The notes under the pieces: model-generated
Database searches by the model: none
Told to the model about the DNA's origin: nothing
The model's input: only the letters and a program-made list of their open reading frames with translations
NCBI GenBank assembly: GCA_029953675.1
Contig: JAMWBK010000003.1
Location: 930,001 to 994,000 of the forward strand
Direction of reading: 5' to 3'
DNA: 64,000 nt
From: Rhodosorus marinus CCMP1338
Taxonomy: Eukaryota > Plantae > Rhodophyta
In this document: positions 10,840-23,999 of the stretch, piece by piece
How the letters are laid out: each line of letters begins with the position of its first letter
How positions within the stretch are numbered: the stretch's first letter is position 1
Made by a program: the position numbers and the translations under genes

Positions 10840-12090
10840 ATGAAGAAGAAAATCAAGAGGAAGAAGAAGGCGGGAAGAGGTAAGGAGCAGCCGGCTCCTC
10901 GCCATGGAGATCAATCGGTAGAGCCGAGAGGGGATCAGGTCGTTTCGGAAAAGGGGATTGAAAAGGGTCGTGGAAGTTCGGATACGACGTATGGGTCTAG
11001 ACCTAGAACGCTCTCAAAGCTTCAGCTCGCTATGCGCAAGAGGTTGGAATCTGGATCGTTTAGGCAGATAAATGAAAGGCTTTACTCCGTGACCGGTATG
11101 ATGAAGTGTTACAGTTACCGATTTCAGTTTATGTCTATTAGAGATAGCTCAAGATTCTGGTTTTATGTTTCGAAGGTAAAGACGCGTTTAAGTTTATGGA
11201 AGATGATCCGAAGCAATTCTCAATATATCACAGTGGATATCGGGAACAGGTGAAAAAGTGGCCAAGAAACCCTCTGGACGATATCATTCGAATGGTCAAA
11301 AAGCAGCCAAGTTACTACGTGGTGAGAGACATGCCTCTTTTCTCAGGCGAGTATGTATTTAAGAAAGTGCCTGACCCGCATGTCCTGACTCGACAGGTAG
11401 CGGACTTTGGGTGCGGAGAAGCGCGTCTCGCTACGGAAGTAAAGCAGAGGGTACACTCATTCGACTTGGTCGCAGTCAACGAAAATGTAACAGCCTGCAA
11501 CATGAGACACACCCCGCTTCAATCAGATTCCGTGGACATTGCAGTCTTCTGCCTAAGCCTTATGGGCACAGACTACCCGGACTTCCTCACTGAGGCGAGG
11601 CGAATACTTAAACCTTCAGGAAAACTACTTATTGCAGAAGTGCTCAGCAGGTACACAATCCTTGTTACGAAGTTGGTAGCTCAGAAATTCGATAAGGGTG
11701 AACCCGGTGTCCTCTACCTTGGACTTCACCATCGAGCAGATTGTCCAAAGTACTGGCTTGTACAACACCGATGCTGCTTGTTCTCTGCAAAAGCTGGTTT
11801 GGATTGAAGCGTATCTCTTGGCTATTGCCATCATAGCCACGCTGACATTGAGTCATTCATGTTGCTAACAGTTAACCTTTTTCGTTGTGGTCAATTGAAG
11901 GTTTGAGGACAAGTCAGCATTTCTGAAGGGAGTGGAGAGGATGGGTTTCCTCAAGGAACATGAGAGGCTGCTGAGTGATTTTTTTGTGATCTGGTCTTTC
12001 CGTGTTTTCGGATCAGGGTGGAAGGAGAAAGGCAAGGCAGGGAAAAACGCGATGCCTTCCTTGAAAGGGAGTGTATATAAGAAGAGGTGA
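10840..12090 (+). CDS. RRP8: Ribosomal RNA-processing protein 8 / nucleomethylin (large-subunit rRNA m1A methyltransferase), 4 exons
   Basis: LESGSFRQINERLYS, YHSGYREQVKKWPRNPLD, SAM motif VADFGCGEA, DIAVFCLSLMGTD, C-terminal LKGSVYKKR*. Introns at 11096-11175, 11322-11396 and 11651-11900. Upstream in-frame ATGs (10729/10762) are possible. Confidence 0.93.
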
Positions 12091-12393
12091 AGGAACGAAC
12101 AGTGTTTTATCTTCAAACTACCGTTCTGGGTTTTTTTCTTGGGTCTTCCCTTTGGGAGACGAGACTTGAAAACTTGTCGTGGTCGGTAATTACATAGCAG
12201 AGCAAAATGATGCGTACCTCTTGTACAGAGCGTTCAAAAGGCGAGGAAAAATCGAAGCTATCAATCTTAAAAGATAGCTTTGCGTGATAATTCTAATAGA
12301 AAACCATTGGAGCCGCCCTCTTTGAGCCGGGCATGAGTCTCTCCCTCCGTTATGTACAAAAGTTTCAGGAGCATCGATGCCGGCGTGTAGGAA

Positions 12394-13145
12394 TTATGCT
12401 TTGCTCGTTGACTCGGCGTCTTGAGTCTCTACTACCGCGTCTGTCGACTCTAGCGGAGGGCCGGAGGAATCCTCTTCATTCAATGCTCCATTCTCCTTGG
12501 CCTCCTTCTGTTCATCAATCTCGCCAAGCTCTGCCGATGAGCGGAATTCTTTGTGGTAAAACTTCCTTCGCATTTTCAGAAACTCTTCATGGTTTCGGCT
12601 GCGGGGAGTTGACCCAGAAGACGATCCCTGCTGCTCGTTCATCTGCCTTTCCAAGCTCTCAAATCCTTCTAGCTGCTTCTCATCCATCCATACCATCTGA
12701 CTAGGCGATGGAGGCTCACTATCTCCGCGGCTACTTCCAGCAGTCCAGCTTTCGCTGTCAGATTGCGGTCGGTGATACGGCGTCTTGGGCTCATCGATCT
12801 TCATCTTCGGATTCCTAAAAGCCCACGGGAAATAGAACAAAATGCTACATCAGTGCGACAGTCGAAACCCCCACCTCCAAAAGCTAACCAACAGACCTCT
12901 GTACTTCTTTCCAGTTCTCCTCCAGATTTGCTTCATCCCAATGTAGCCTGCTCCTTAAAAACCAATGCGATGATAACCAAAAACGAAAAACAAAAAAACA
13001 TCTCAACACGAGAAAAAAGGTTGTTGACATCTTCGGTTTCTCTTGATATACCTACTTACTTTTTGTGAGAGTGATCGTCATAAGCGGTCTCTTCCTCGCC
13101 GTCCTCTATCTTCTTCAGAGCGCTTCTACCTTCAGCACCATCCAT
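12394..13145 (-). CDS. PPP1R2: Protein phosphatase 1 inhibitor-2 (IPP-2/Glc8 family), 3 exons
   Basis: MDGAEGRSALKK...|SRLHWDEANLEENWKEVQ|RNPKMKIDEPKTPY...FLKMRRKFYHKEF: the I-2 motifs LxWDE, MKIDEPKTPY and FxxxRKxxY. Confidence 0.88.
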
Positions 13146-13574
13146 AACGGAATACTTCACGATACAATTCAAAGTTGCCACTAACCAAGAAAGCTGATCC
13201 ACAAGCGTCCAGAACCAGGTGTTCCCAAACCGTTTCTTCAGAAAAACAAAAGAATGGCAAGCGAAAAGGTAGTCTTGAACCTTCGATCTTCAAAACCACA
13301 TCCTATACTGTACCTTCTCTCAACACCCTTTTCTAAATGACCAAAAGCTCCTCAGAATCGAGACTCTTGCTTCATATTTCTGAACCACCGGAAGCTCTCA
13401 ATAGCACTGCATCAAACAAAAAATCAGCAAACCCACGACCGCGCCTCCTCAATCCTCTCCTCCACCGACGAAGGAACCTGAACAACGTAAGCGTTTATCC
13501 TTCCATTCTGCAACCGAGAAACAGAAAGAAGAAAACTGCTTTCTTCCAGCTGGATACTCTGATATACTCTTATG

Positions 13575-14285
13575 GCCTTCTTCCTCGATCCAATAACGAG
13601 ATATGCTATATCTTGTTCCTCACGAGTTCGTCCTCATAATAGAGTTGTCAGGTTACTATGCTTCCATGTCGTTGACCCGATGGGACTGGGTTGGGGAAGA
13701 TGTCAAGTAAATGAGCATTTCTTTCGACAGACTCCCCTGAAATCCAATCCATCAATAGATTCCTGACCAGGTCCGGCTAGATACGTATCTTGTTCCTATC
13801 GAGTTCGTCCTATAGCAATAGAGGTGTCCGGCTACTGTGCTTTCATGTCGTTGCCCCGATGGGACTGGGTTGGGGAAGATGCCAAGTAATGAGTATCTAG
13901 TGCAACAGACTCCTTTGAGCTCCAAAAGAAAAAAATCCATCAATAGATGTAGATTCCCGACCCGGTCCCGCGAGATATATATCTTGTTCCTGCTACAATG
14001 TCGTTGAACCGATGGGACTAGGTTGGGATTCACTCCGTGGATTGGATGTTCAGACAAGCGTGTGGCGACATTTATTCATTGTTCGCCTTCTTCCTGGACC
14101 CGGTCTCCCATGAAACGCATCTTGTTCCTCACGAGTCCGTCCCAGTAAAAATGTTCTTGAGTTGCTATGCTTCCATCTCGTCCAACCGATGGGACTGGGT
14201 TGGGATTCACTAGGTGGATTGGATGTTCAGACAAGCACGTAGCGACAGTTATTCATTGCTCACCTTCTTCCCGACCGGTCCGACG
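13575..14285. repeat. Degenerate tandem array of four ~153-179 bp units
   Basis: Core GATGGGACT(G/A)GGTTGGG at 13679, 13858, 14011 and 14188; ATCTTGTTCCT and ATG(C)TTCCATGTCG elements recur in each unit. Confidence 0.9.
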
Positions 14286-14421
14286 AGGTGTGAATATTGT
14301 TAGCGCAATGTCGCTTCGGACTTCGCCCGCTCTTCTTTTGTAAGTCACCAGGTATTCACGAAATAAAGATAATTTAACAAAAATAAAACAATTCGGAGGA
14401 TGGAACCACTTCCGTATTGAC

Positions 14422-17400
14422 CTAGCTCAAGATCTCCTGAACTCTAGGACGTGCTTCCGGGGCAGAAGGAGTCTGCAGCGGATCAGCTTCATCCTGGGAG
14501 TCATCAAACTCCATCAGCTCCAGTGTCAGAATGTTAGACTTGTTATCATCCATCTTCCGGAGGACCCCGACTAGCGCGTCGGCCTTCTCGAAGAAGAAGT
14601 CTTTCAATGAGATGACAATCATCTGCAAGTCCGCTGCTCTCCTCCTAATGTATCCTGAAACCCGGGCGAGGTTGAGGTTGTCCAGAGCAGCGTCCACTTC
14701 ATCGAGAACCAGGAAAGGAGCGGGTCGAAAGTTGTGAAACGCAAACAGCAACGCCAGAGCTGCGACTGTTCTCTCGCCTCCACTCAGCTGGTCCATATCG
14801 CGGAATCTCTTTGTCGGAGGCATCGCGTTGTACTTGATACCTGATAAATACGGCTCTTCTTCAGATTCCAGAGTTAGATACGCCGTTCCACCCATCGGAT
14901 AAGCGGCTGATCGAGTGAGCTCCTTGTAAACGTCGCTAATGTTCTCTGCTACGTGATTGAAGCACTCCATGAACAGATCGTACCGCCGCTTCCGCACCTC
15001 TTCAAAGTCCTGGGGTAGAAGAACAGGATCATGAGCGGCTTGGAAGGTGTGAGCGCCGTCTCTCGCAGCTCGATGTAGAGGACTTACTCTTGTGAATTTG
15101 GACGCTTCCTTTCGTGCATCTTCAAACTCCCGGTTGATGCCCTCCACACGCTGCTCAATGTCCGTCATGTGCTCTGGGGCGCGGAGGTTGGGGGCAAGTT
15201 TGTCCAACTGGTTCTGAAGTGATTCACATTGGTTGGCAAACTTGGTCTCAAACTCTGCTCTGGCGTCTGACGTGCTGGCCTCGCGTTGACGACGGTTTAG
15301 GCTGGTTACATCCAAGACAACGTTTTGCGGGAGGTCTCCTGTTTCAACCTGGATACCGAAATTGAGTCACATTCAATGAGTTCCTCGAGATCGTAGCGAA
15401 GGCTTGCGTCTGCTGGGCTGCCAGAAACTCACCGCTGAAAGCTCAAAGGGCTCGACAGTCCCGTCCTCACTCTCACGGTTGAATCGTACTTTGATTTGCT
15501 CCATTCTGTAATATCTCAGCAACTCTTTCTGTCGGCTTCGCTGGCTTTCGACCTGCGTCTCCAGCGCCGTCACGACCTTCCTGTGCGAGCCGAATATCTC
15601 AGAAAGGTTGGTAAGCTCTGCCTTTCGCCTCGTCTGCTCAACCTCCAAAGTTTCGTATCTCGTGGCAATGCTTCTAGTTGAATCTTCTAGCTCCGTCAGA
15701 AGGCGCTCCCGTTTCTCCTTGTTCTGCTGAAAGTCCTGTTCTTCTCGCTGCAGCGCTTGGACCATGTCCGACTGTCCAGAGAGCGAGTCTTCGAGCCTCT
15801 TGACCGGGGACTCTACATCCTTCGATCGCAAGTAGTCCAAGTGAGATTCAACCTTACTAAGTTGCTGCTTGAGGCTCAGCTTTCGCTCCTCCAGCGACTC
15901 TACTCTCTGAAGAACTGTTTCCTCAAATTCGCGAATGCTGGCAGAGTTCGCGCGTTTGATGAAGTCGGTAAATACCCTTTCCTCGATGGTCTCAATACCG
16001 GTGCGAATCAAAGCAACTGAGGCGTCCCGCTCAGCCAGGGTCGACTCAACCTCAGTGAATTCACCCTCAACCGCCTCCAGGGCCTGCTCTGCTTCCTCAG
16101 CCACCGTCTGGAAGCGTGAAAGTCGTGCTTCCTTCTGTTTCAGATCGATCTGCAGTTGCGCCAAGGTCGACCTCGAATCCAACTCCTTCTGGACAGCTTC
16201 AGATTCCCTCCTCCTCTCCTCACTCGGACCGGGGAGCTCCTCCAGTTGTCTCACCGCATTATCTCTTCGCTTTTTTAGCATTTCGATCTCAGATCTGTCC
16301 CACTTGGACGTAGCTCCTTCCTCGAGCACAGACACTCCACCTGTGATGAACCCTGAGGGGCTTATCAAAGTACCATCGAGTGAGCAGATCTTTACCCGGA
16401 CTCCACGAGGCCCGAACCTTACTCTCCTGGCTTCCTCCAGGGTGTCGCAGATTAGTGCGCTTCCCGCTGCGTACTGTATGGCTGCCCTGAACTCTTGCCT
16501 AAAAGTCAAGATGTCCAGAACAGGGCGTACTGTTCCACCGAGTCTCCTGAAGTTTTCATCAAGTGGCGGTGGTCTCAGATCTGAGAGCGGGAGAAACGTA
16601 GCTTTGCCAGCTCTCTGTTCCTTCAGGTAGCTGATACACTCCTCTCCAGTTTGAGCATTGTCCACGACGATTGCATCCATGAGCTTGCCGAATACTAGCG
16701 CAATGGCCTCGCGATACTTTCTCTGAGTCGGTTTGCACAGTTCGCTGATCGCGCCCTTGACTCCAGGATACATTCTCTTCATCGACTGTAGCGCCTCCTG
16801 GAATCTTTGCTCCTTTGCGCTCTCTGCGGTATTCGCATTTGCCTCTCTCAGACTTTCACTAGTATCGCTAGCGGTTTTCTCAAGATCCTCCCGCTGCCTC
16901 TTCCGATTCAAGGCCTCCTCACGCATGCTCTCCAATTCTAGGCGAAGCGTTGATGCTGCCCCCTGAGCTGCGGCGAGTTTGGATTTCGATCGTTCAACTC
17001 CTTCTTGAAACGTCTGAATACAGCAATAGACGATGATACGCCAAAAAAAACACGCACAGTCTTAGCCTTCAAAATCCCCGGAACATGCAGCCACATGTCC
17101 GAGACAGAGACACTCCATTTCGGCAAACGAAGAGCGTCTATATTGACCTTTCTCTTGTACATCAACCACTGAACTGAGCGGGCCAAAGTCAATAGACAGG
17201 GTCGTGCTTCCTTACCGATATCTCAGCACTGGAGATCTCAAGTTCTGCCTTGAGCTGATCTCTTCGAGCTTCCAGAGTTGTTTTCTTCTGCAGCACCAGC
17301 CTTCTCGATCTCTCAGCCGCCGCCAGCTCGCGCCTTGAAATAGACGCCTGCGTCTCAACGCTGTCCTTGAGATTCTTGTATTCTCTGATGTTCTCTCTGG

Positions 17401-18588
17401 ACACCTCTGTACCCTGTGCATCAACGAGCTCTGCCTCAATCGTGGACATCGCGTCGCTCAAGTCTCTATGAGATGCTTCAAGCGAGGCCAGCTCCTGGGT
17501 GTGTTTCCGCTGCTCATCTCGTGCCTTCTCCAGAGCTTTCTCCTCCGCTCGGATCCGTGATCGTACCCTTTGCAGCTGAGTGAGGATTCTCACTCCGTCC
17601 GGCCGGTGTTTCTCACTCTCCGCGGCAGTGCTCTGCTTCCTCCTGAGCTTCACCGTCTTCTCCATGTTCATGCTCGCGAGTTCCTTCCGACCATTGTCGA
17701 TAGCTGTCTCAAGCTCATCAGTCTTTGTCTTCACCAAAGTCATCTCCCGGAGTTCCTCAGATAGGTTCTCCTCCAGGCTTTTCAGCTCCTTGTTCATGTG
17801 GTAGAGACGGAACGACGCCTGGTCCGACTTGCACTCCTCCAACTTTTCCAGTATTTTGTGATACTGTTGGGCCTCGTCCTGCTGCCTTTTGTACTGTTTT
17901 CTTTCCGAAATAAGGCCCCTTTTTTTCTTGAAAATGAATACGACGTTCTCCTCGGCATTGTCCTTGAGCTGCTTCTTGTTGTTGTACTCGTCTCGGAGCT
18001 CACCTGATCCTGACGCCAGCTCGAACACCGTCCCAAAGTCTTTCGGCGATTGATTTGCGATATTCTGAACCTGGAAGTTGTCACCACAACGAATCGATAT
18101 TTGGGTTAAGGGTGGCTGGGAAATTCCGGCAGGTCCAGTTTGGGCACCAACCTTACCTCATTTTGAAACACCAGAAAATTGCACCGCGCTCGGTTAAAGA
18201 TTCCAATGGATTCCAGAGATTTTGAATATACCTGGTGGGTGACTGTTCTACGTCCGATTTTATATTCGCTTGAACCAGACGGCGTGAGCCTTCTCGAAAA
18301 GCAGGTTTCTTTCCCAACATCATCCACGATAAAGAGCGAAACCTGGCAAGTCCTTGATCTCTCTGCGGAGGACTCTTCATCAGGCTTTCGATACGCAATA
18401 TCGCGCAGCTGCTTTCCCCGCAGCGTATGAGTCTTCTCACCCACTGCAAAACTAATCGCATCCATCAGATTGCTCTTCCCGGAACCATTCGGTCCCACAA
18501 TCGCCGTAAATGGCCTCAGCGGTCCCACAACCGTCTTCTCGGCGAAGGACTTGAAGTTCTCCATCTCAATCCGATCCAAACGAACCAT
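14422..18588 (-). CDS. SMC1: Cohesin subunit SMC1, 5 exons
   Basis: ENFKSF; Walker A GPNGSGKSNLMDAISF; hinge KRMYPGVKGAISELCKP...GFITGG; signature LSGGERTVAALAL; Walker B LVLDEVDAALD. Introns at 18071-18156, 17014-17215, 15349-15432 and 15010-15087 (in frame). Confidence 0.97.
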
Positions 18589-19078
18589 CTTTGTGTTTTT
18601 TCTTCTTTTTTTACATCACTTCCGAACGCTCACGCCCTCACACCGTAAAACACAAACAGACGTCCTTCTCAAAACACGTCCGTTCTTCAGCTTCCATCTA
18701 CCCATTCCATCGATACCAGCCCAAACCCAAGAAGGCCAGACCATACCCTCATCATCACCCCCGTCGAGGTTCCCTAACTATCCCTCAAAACAAAAACAAA
18801 CCACCAAATCATAAGCAATGGAAATCCGAAGTCGTCCCACGTCTCCTTTTTTGTTCCCGCTTTTCTTTACGCCCAATCATACAGATAAAACGATATTTAT
18901 ATTGTAAAATAGTTCTAAAAATATTTTTAAACGAAAATATTTCACCCTGTCATCAATAAAACGGTATATGAAAGCGATATATTTGGCGCGAAATATAGAT
19001 TTGATTGTAGTTTATAATTGGTGGATCAAGAGCTGACTAGAGTTTTGATTGGTTGATTTATAATTTATTGCAGAAAGT

Positions 19079-20104
19079 TTATGATGGTTTTGACGGTTTC
19101 GGTTTGAACAGTCTGTGTTGGTGGGTGGGAATGGTTGAGTTGGTTCGAAGTAGGTGCCATCCACGGTCCATATGGTATCCAATTTCTGTCGTTGAGACAT
19201 TACTGATCAAAGTTTTATACGTTGTAGCCGGATCTGCGTCTAGAACATGGCGTAGGGTTGATTTGATGACGAACCCGTGGGTGAAAACTAGCACCTGGGT
19301 GGAGCGAGAGGATGGGAGGATGTGCGTTAGTACCACCCCGCGGTCGACTTGGTTGAGGTTGTGTACGTTTTGGAATGAATCATTAGTTGTCAAGGGATCA
19401 AGGGCCTTACAGGTCTAGCATGGGGATCGGCTAACGCTTCTGGTATAGCTGTTTTCATTAGAAAGTCGAGTACCCGCCCCTCGACGTTGCGTTGGGATTC
19501 GCCTCCGGGCGCTTTGAAGTCGTACGGGTTTTCTTTCTGGATTTTCTTGACCTCCTCCGTATATAGCTCATCTCGGACTCCTACGAAAAGCATTGAGCAT
19601 GAGTATCAGGAACAATTCGTAGTTCGGCCAACTAGAACATGCGACTGTGGGAATTCCTTCACCTTCCTCCCATTCGCCGTGGTCGATCTCTAGCAGCGCT
19701 TCCTCGAGACGAATTCTATTTTTCTCCACGCCAATCTGCTCACACACCAAATTCGCCGTCTCGATCGCACGCGTTGCTGGAGATGAGTAGACCGAAGAGA
19801 AAGAATCCCCATTCACGCCCACCGACTCGCTCCAGAAATTGCCCAGGTCAAGCGCCTGCTCTCGTCCTTTCAGAGTCAGCTTGGTATGGAAATCCCTGAG
19901 CGATGTAGTAGTAAAGAACAACAGGAGTGAGGAAACCTACATGTTTTAGACTCTTTGACCAGCGGAGAAAGCGAAGCAACAAGCGAGTCCAATAAAAAAA
20001 CTTGAAACGTTTTGAGCCACCTACCTGCCAGCGATGTAAATGTTCTCGCGGGTATTAGCTTCTGATTCTCCATGACGAATCAAGATCACTCGAGCAAGCC
20101 GCAT
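19079..20104 (-). CDS. Histidine phosphatase / phosphoglycerate-mutase family protein, 4 exons
   Basis: LIRHGESEAN, LTLKGREQA, VYSSPATRAIETA, LLEIDHGEWE, PGGES, VFTHGFVIK, ISNVS. The 5' end is uncertain because a branch-like GACTAAC precedes the ATG. Confidence 0.88.
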
Positions 20105-22726
20105 CGTTAGTCAACTAGGATATCTTAGACGACCAACGTGATCAACTAAACGTGCCTTTTGCAGATCTTCCTCGAGCCCCACAATTCCTCATCGATGCTC
20201 CTTAGCAGTTTACAGCTACTTCAGACGACGTGGATCAGGGACAGAGCAGCTGTTGAGGCCTTCAAAATTCGTCCTTCCAGTGATTGCTCATCTTCTTCTT
20301 AACCAATTCCAGCTGCAACGAAGAAACTGATACGGTTGTCTGGAATGGCCGGGATTCGTCCTTGAGGATGAATCCCTAGAAGAACGCAATGGCACCCGGT
20401 CCTGTGAAAGTTCCAGCCTAGGAAATGACGCTGGGAAGAGGGTGGTTTGGAGCGGAAGAGGTGGCGTTGAATGTTCGGCGAGTGGAAAACGAGGTCATCA
20501 TAGGCCACAAACGAAGCATCTGCTGATTCCCCTCCGAGCCGCATTCGGAAGGTCAGGGCATTGCTTGTGGAAGTTCCAGACTGACTACAGCGACAGTGAA
20601 AAGGTTGAGGACGCAAGCCCGTGAGCAATAGCGAGGCTAAAACGCTCGCGTGAGTACAGGATTGACTTCAAAACGAGGGCGAAAGACGTCTAGTTGCTGC
20701 TTCCATGTTTTTAGCGACGCTATGTTTCTCGAATATAGGACTGACTTGCAGTCAATCCTATATTCAGCTTCGAGCTTTTACGTGTCTTTGTCCTCAACTG
20801 ATGAGTCCAAGAACATATTCCCGTCCTCAAAGTCTGTGACTTAACTTCATGCTCACAGTGCGAGGACAGGGATAGGATCTAATTCGACCGATAGCCAGCG
20901 TCAAATATCAACCTTTGTCGCTCTTGCTCTGTGTTGGGTCTGCAACTTCCTACGAGGTCCATCAGGGCCTCTCCACTTGGCTTTGTTTTTGAAAGCGAGA
21001 ATCGAGGACGGTCAGTTCGTTAACGGAGAATTCAGTACGAGCTACAAATTTCTGACCCAGTACACGTCGTACAACTCACAGCTCACTAACCAATATCAAG
21101 CTGGAGATTTTAGCTCACTCGTCTCGCTATGGTTCCAAACAAGGGGACGTGTGTCCACCAAGCCCGCTCGTTCCGAGACATCTAAATAAGAATTCCACCA
21201 CTTTTCTCTGTCCGTGAGTGTGACAGAGCAACATTTCTCTATATCTTTGCGCATTGGTCGCTGTTTGCTCATCGCAGAGAACTACTTAGGCCATTGCGCT
21301 TGCTCAGGCTTCTACCTCTGTTACACAGCTCATCTTGAATTCAGCCCTCAGATCAATTCCCGTACCGATCGTTGCAGGAGGTAGTAAAGGGCATGATAGC
21401 GGACCGGATCATGAGACATTCGTGGGTGTGGGTTGGCCTATCAGCTTGGTTGATTGCGATATGTCCTCCCCACCACAGGGTCCAGAGTGGTGCGACGGAC
21501 ACATCGATTGCGAGCAGAAAAGCCGAATAAGCGGGCTTCGCTTGAGAGAAAAAGCTGTCAACGTAGAAATTGCTTGCGGAGTCTCGGAATCGGGCTCGCC
21601 CTGGAGCGGTCCCGTTTCTTTCTTCTGAGGAATGTTTAGAATCGAGAACCAAGAGTTTGATATGCCTAAATTTTTTCCCATGACAAAAGTGCGCCGAGAA
21701 ATGCACATAAAACGTAGGTGCTACAAATCACGTCGGACAGTCCCACTTGTGCTATTGCCGTCTTAGGGTCCGATGTTTTCTACGCAGTCCCGGCTAAGTT
21801 TCTCACAGGAATACCTGATAACTCTTAGAGGGCAGATACGTGTGGCAACGACGTGGGCAACGCACTACCAAAACAAATTCATAACTCAACACGCCGATAG
21901 ACGTACAATCCGTTTCATTCGAAAACGAATTGCTGGTATGGCAGGGCGTCACTGAATGCCGTGCATCTCCGGAGGAGTCATTCAACACATGCAGTTTCAG
22001 TGGCGGGCACAAGATCGAATTCTTATCGTTCCAAGAGGTCTCTCTACCGTTGCATTGCTCCGCCTTTGATTCTGTTAACAGCGAACGATGACGAGAAGTG
22101 GTTAAGCAATAGGCATAAGGGTCTCTCTCTCGGGCACAGCTTCCTGTCACTGGGACAGAAAAAACAGGTACTCAAGCCACTATTGCTACACCAAACCGTC
22201 AACGATGACTACATCGTCCTGGGGTTTTGACCAAAACAACAACAACCGCCCATACGACCTCATTGCGGCCTTGCAACATGGCCCAAAGCGCTGAAACGGA
22301 TTCTTTACAGCAACGCCAAATCTGGGCTGCTCTCCAAAAACAAAATTAAAGAAAATAAGTTGATCCGCAAAAAAAATTTCCATGTCATTACACCATACTA
22401 GCAAAATTTATACATTAAAAGATTCTGGAAGACTTCCGTGCCCTTTCAATCATACCGACATTCTCCCAACTTTACCAAAAACAATCTACCCCCACGTAGA
22501 TTTATATATACTATCTTTACAAAGACTCAAAAAATAAACCATTATTATACTTTTGCATTGCCTAGTTCCTAAAAATATAGGGGGTACACCGGGCCCGGGT
22601 ATACAAAAAGAATTTTGATATATTTAAGACAGCACATCAAATTTATTTCTTAAAAAACCACTCGGTTTTTTTTATTTTTAGCTCCCTCCCGTTTTTCTCT
22701 ATCTATTTACAGCTAGTACACTGCGA

Positions 22727-23050
22727 TTTTGATCCGGCCCTCCCCTCCTTACTGTCTTTTACTGGTTGCGAAATATTTCTTATAAGAGAAATAATAAAAG
22801 GCTTTATTCACTTTCATGAAGGTTTTTTGTACCCTCCAGATTGATTGTATTAGATTTAGAAATATGGATTCACTGTTGGGACACTGGCAGCATATACTTA
22901 CTCTTTTGATCCTCGCAGACACCCCGCCCCCTTATATTGTTTTAGTGATTGGGAATATTTCTTATAAAAGAAATAATAATGGGCTTTATTCAATGTCCAT
23001 GAGGTTATTTTTATGCCCTCCTGCAATTGTTTTATTTAGAAACGTGGATT
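22727..23050. repeat. Degenerate direct duplication, period about 180-182 bp, AT-rich
   Basis: AATATTTCTTATAA at 22772/22954, GGCTTTATTCA at 22800/22982, TTTAGAAA at 22855/23035. Confidence 0.85.
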
Positions 23051-23999
23051 GGAGTGCAGAATCTCATCCCCGTTTATTTGTGGATGTTGAGGAGGGTTGT
23101 GTATGACAGTAGTTTATAGGAAAGGGTTTTGGTTCATCGAAAATTTATTTGAAAAACCTGGATATTACGTGATACTGCTCGAGGTGCGGACGATAGTGGT
23201 AGGTTCCAATCCTTCCGGGGTGACGAGAGCTTTGGATGGGCGGCTTGGGCGGGAGAGGGCTATGGCGGTTGTTGTGAGGACCTACTGACAATTTTTTTAT
23301 TCGCGAAATGGTGAACGTTGAATTTTCTGTCCTGACGATAGAGGTGCGGTTCCAAACATTTTTGGATGTTCAGGGATGATCGCTTGGGCGCTTGGCTTTG
23401 TGAGGGTTTGTCTTTTTCTTTTTGAGCTCCAGTGAAGATATTTATATGTGTGGGGTTCATGGTTGAACAGCAGCTGCAGGAGAGTCAGTAGGATAGGTGC
23501 GCATGAGGTGACCTGTTCGAGAGAACCTCATTCTGAAGAAGAAGGCGTTTGTACTTTTGATGAGGCGAGGGGGTTGTAGACGACGTACAACAAAAAATAA
23601 TTGAAAAATGGAGATTTCCGACGAGCGCAGGGATAGCACGAGGTTCGAGAGGATTTGGACGAGGGTATCGCACTCATCTGAAAAGGGTGACCTGGAACGA
23701 TGCGTCTCCGGGTACGAAGTCGTGGGTGTGTCATTCGTGAACGACTTTGAGGAGAAATCGCATCGCCGGAGATGGGTCGCTCGTCTGTCGTGGGGAGGTG
23801 TCTCAACCCGATTTGTATAGTGATTGTGTGGAACGGACTATAAGCTACTTAATTATTCTCGCCTTTGGCGCGCTTGATAGCAAGCAGTGCGTCCAATTTT
23901 TTTTGCATGAACAAAAAAACAAACCTTCCATTCATAAGGTTCAAAGCTCATAGTCTCGTGTTCCTGGTCAGTTCCTTACTCATTTCCCATGCCAAGAGG

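Noticed and set aside
13575-14285. CRISPR-like array
   Set aside because: The locus is eukaryotic, the inter-core sequences are homologous rather than unique spacers, and there are no cas genes.
15935-16630. 231-aa plus-strand ORF and other long antisense ORFs over APX, GAPC, OLE1 and UPL3
   Set aside because: These are shadow ORFs on the opposite strand of well-supported genes.
17120-17200. Possible mini-exon inside SMC1 intron 2
   Set aside because: The coiled-coil register matches SMC1 without it, and one acceptor gives an immediate stop.
23260-23860. Several 60-90 aa ORFs
   Set aside because: No motifs and conflicting strands; left unassigned.
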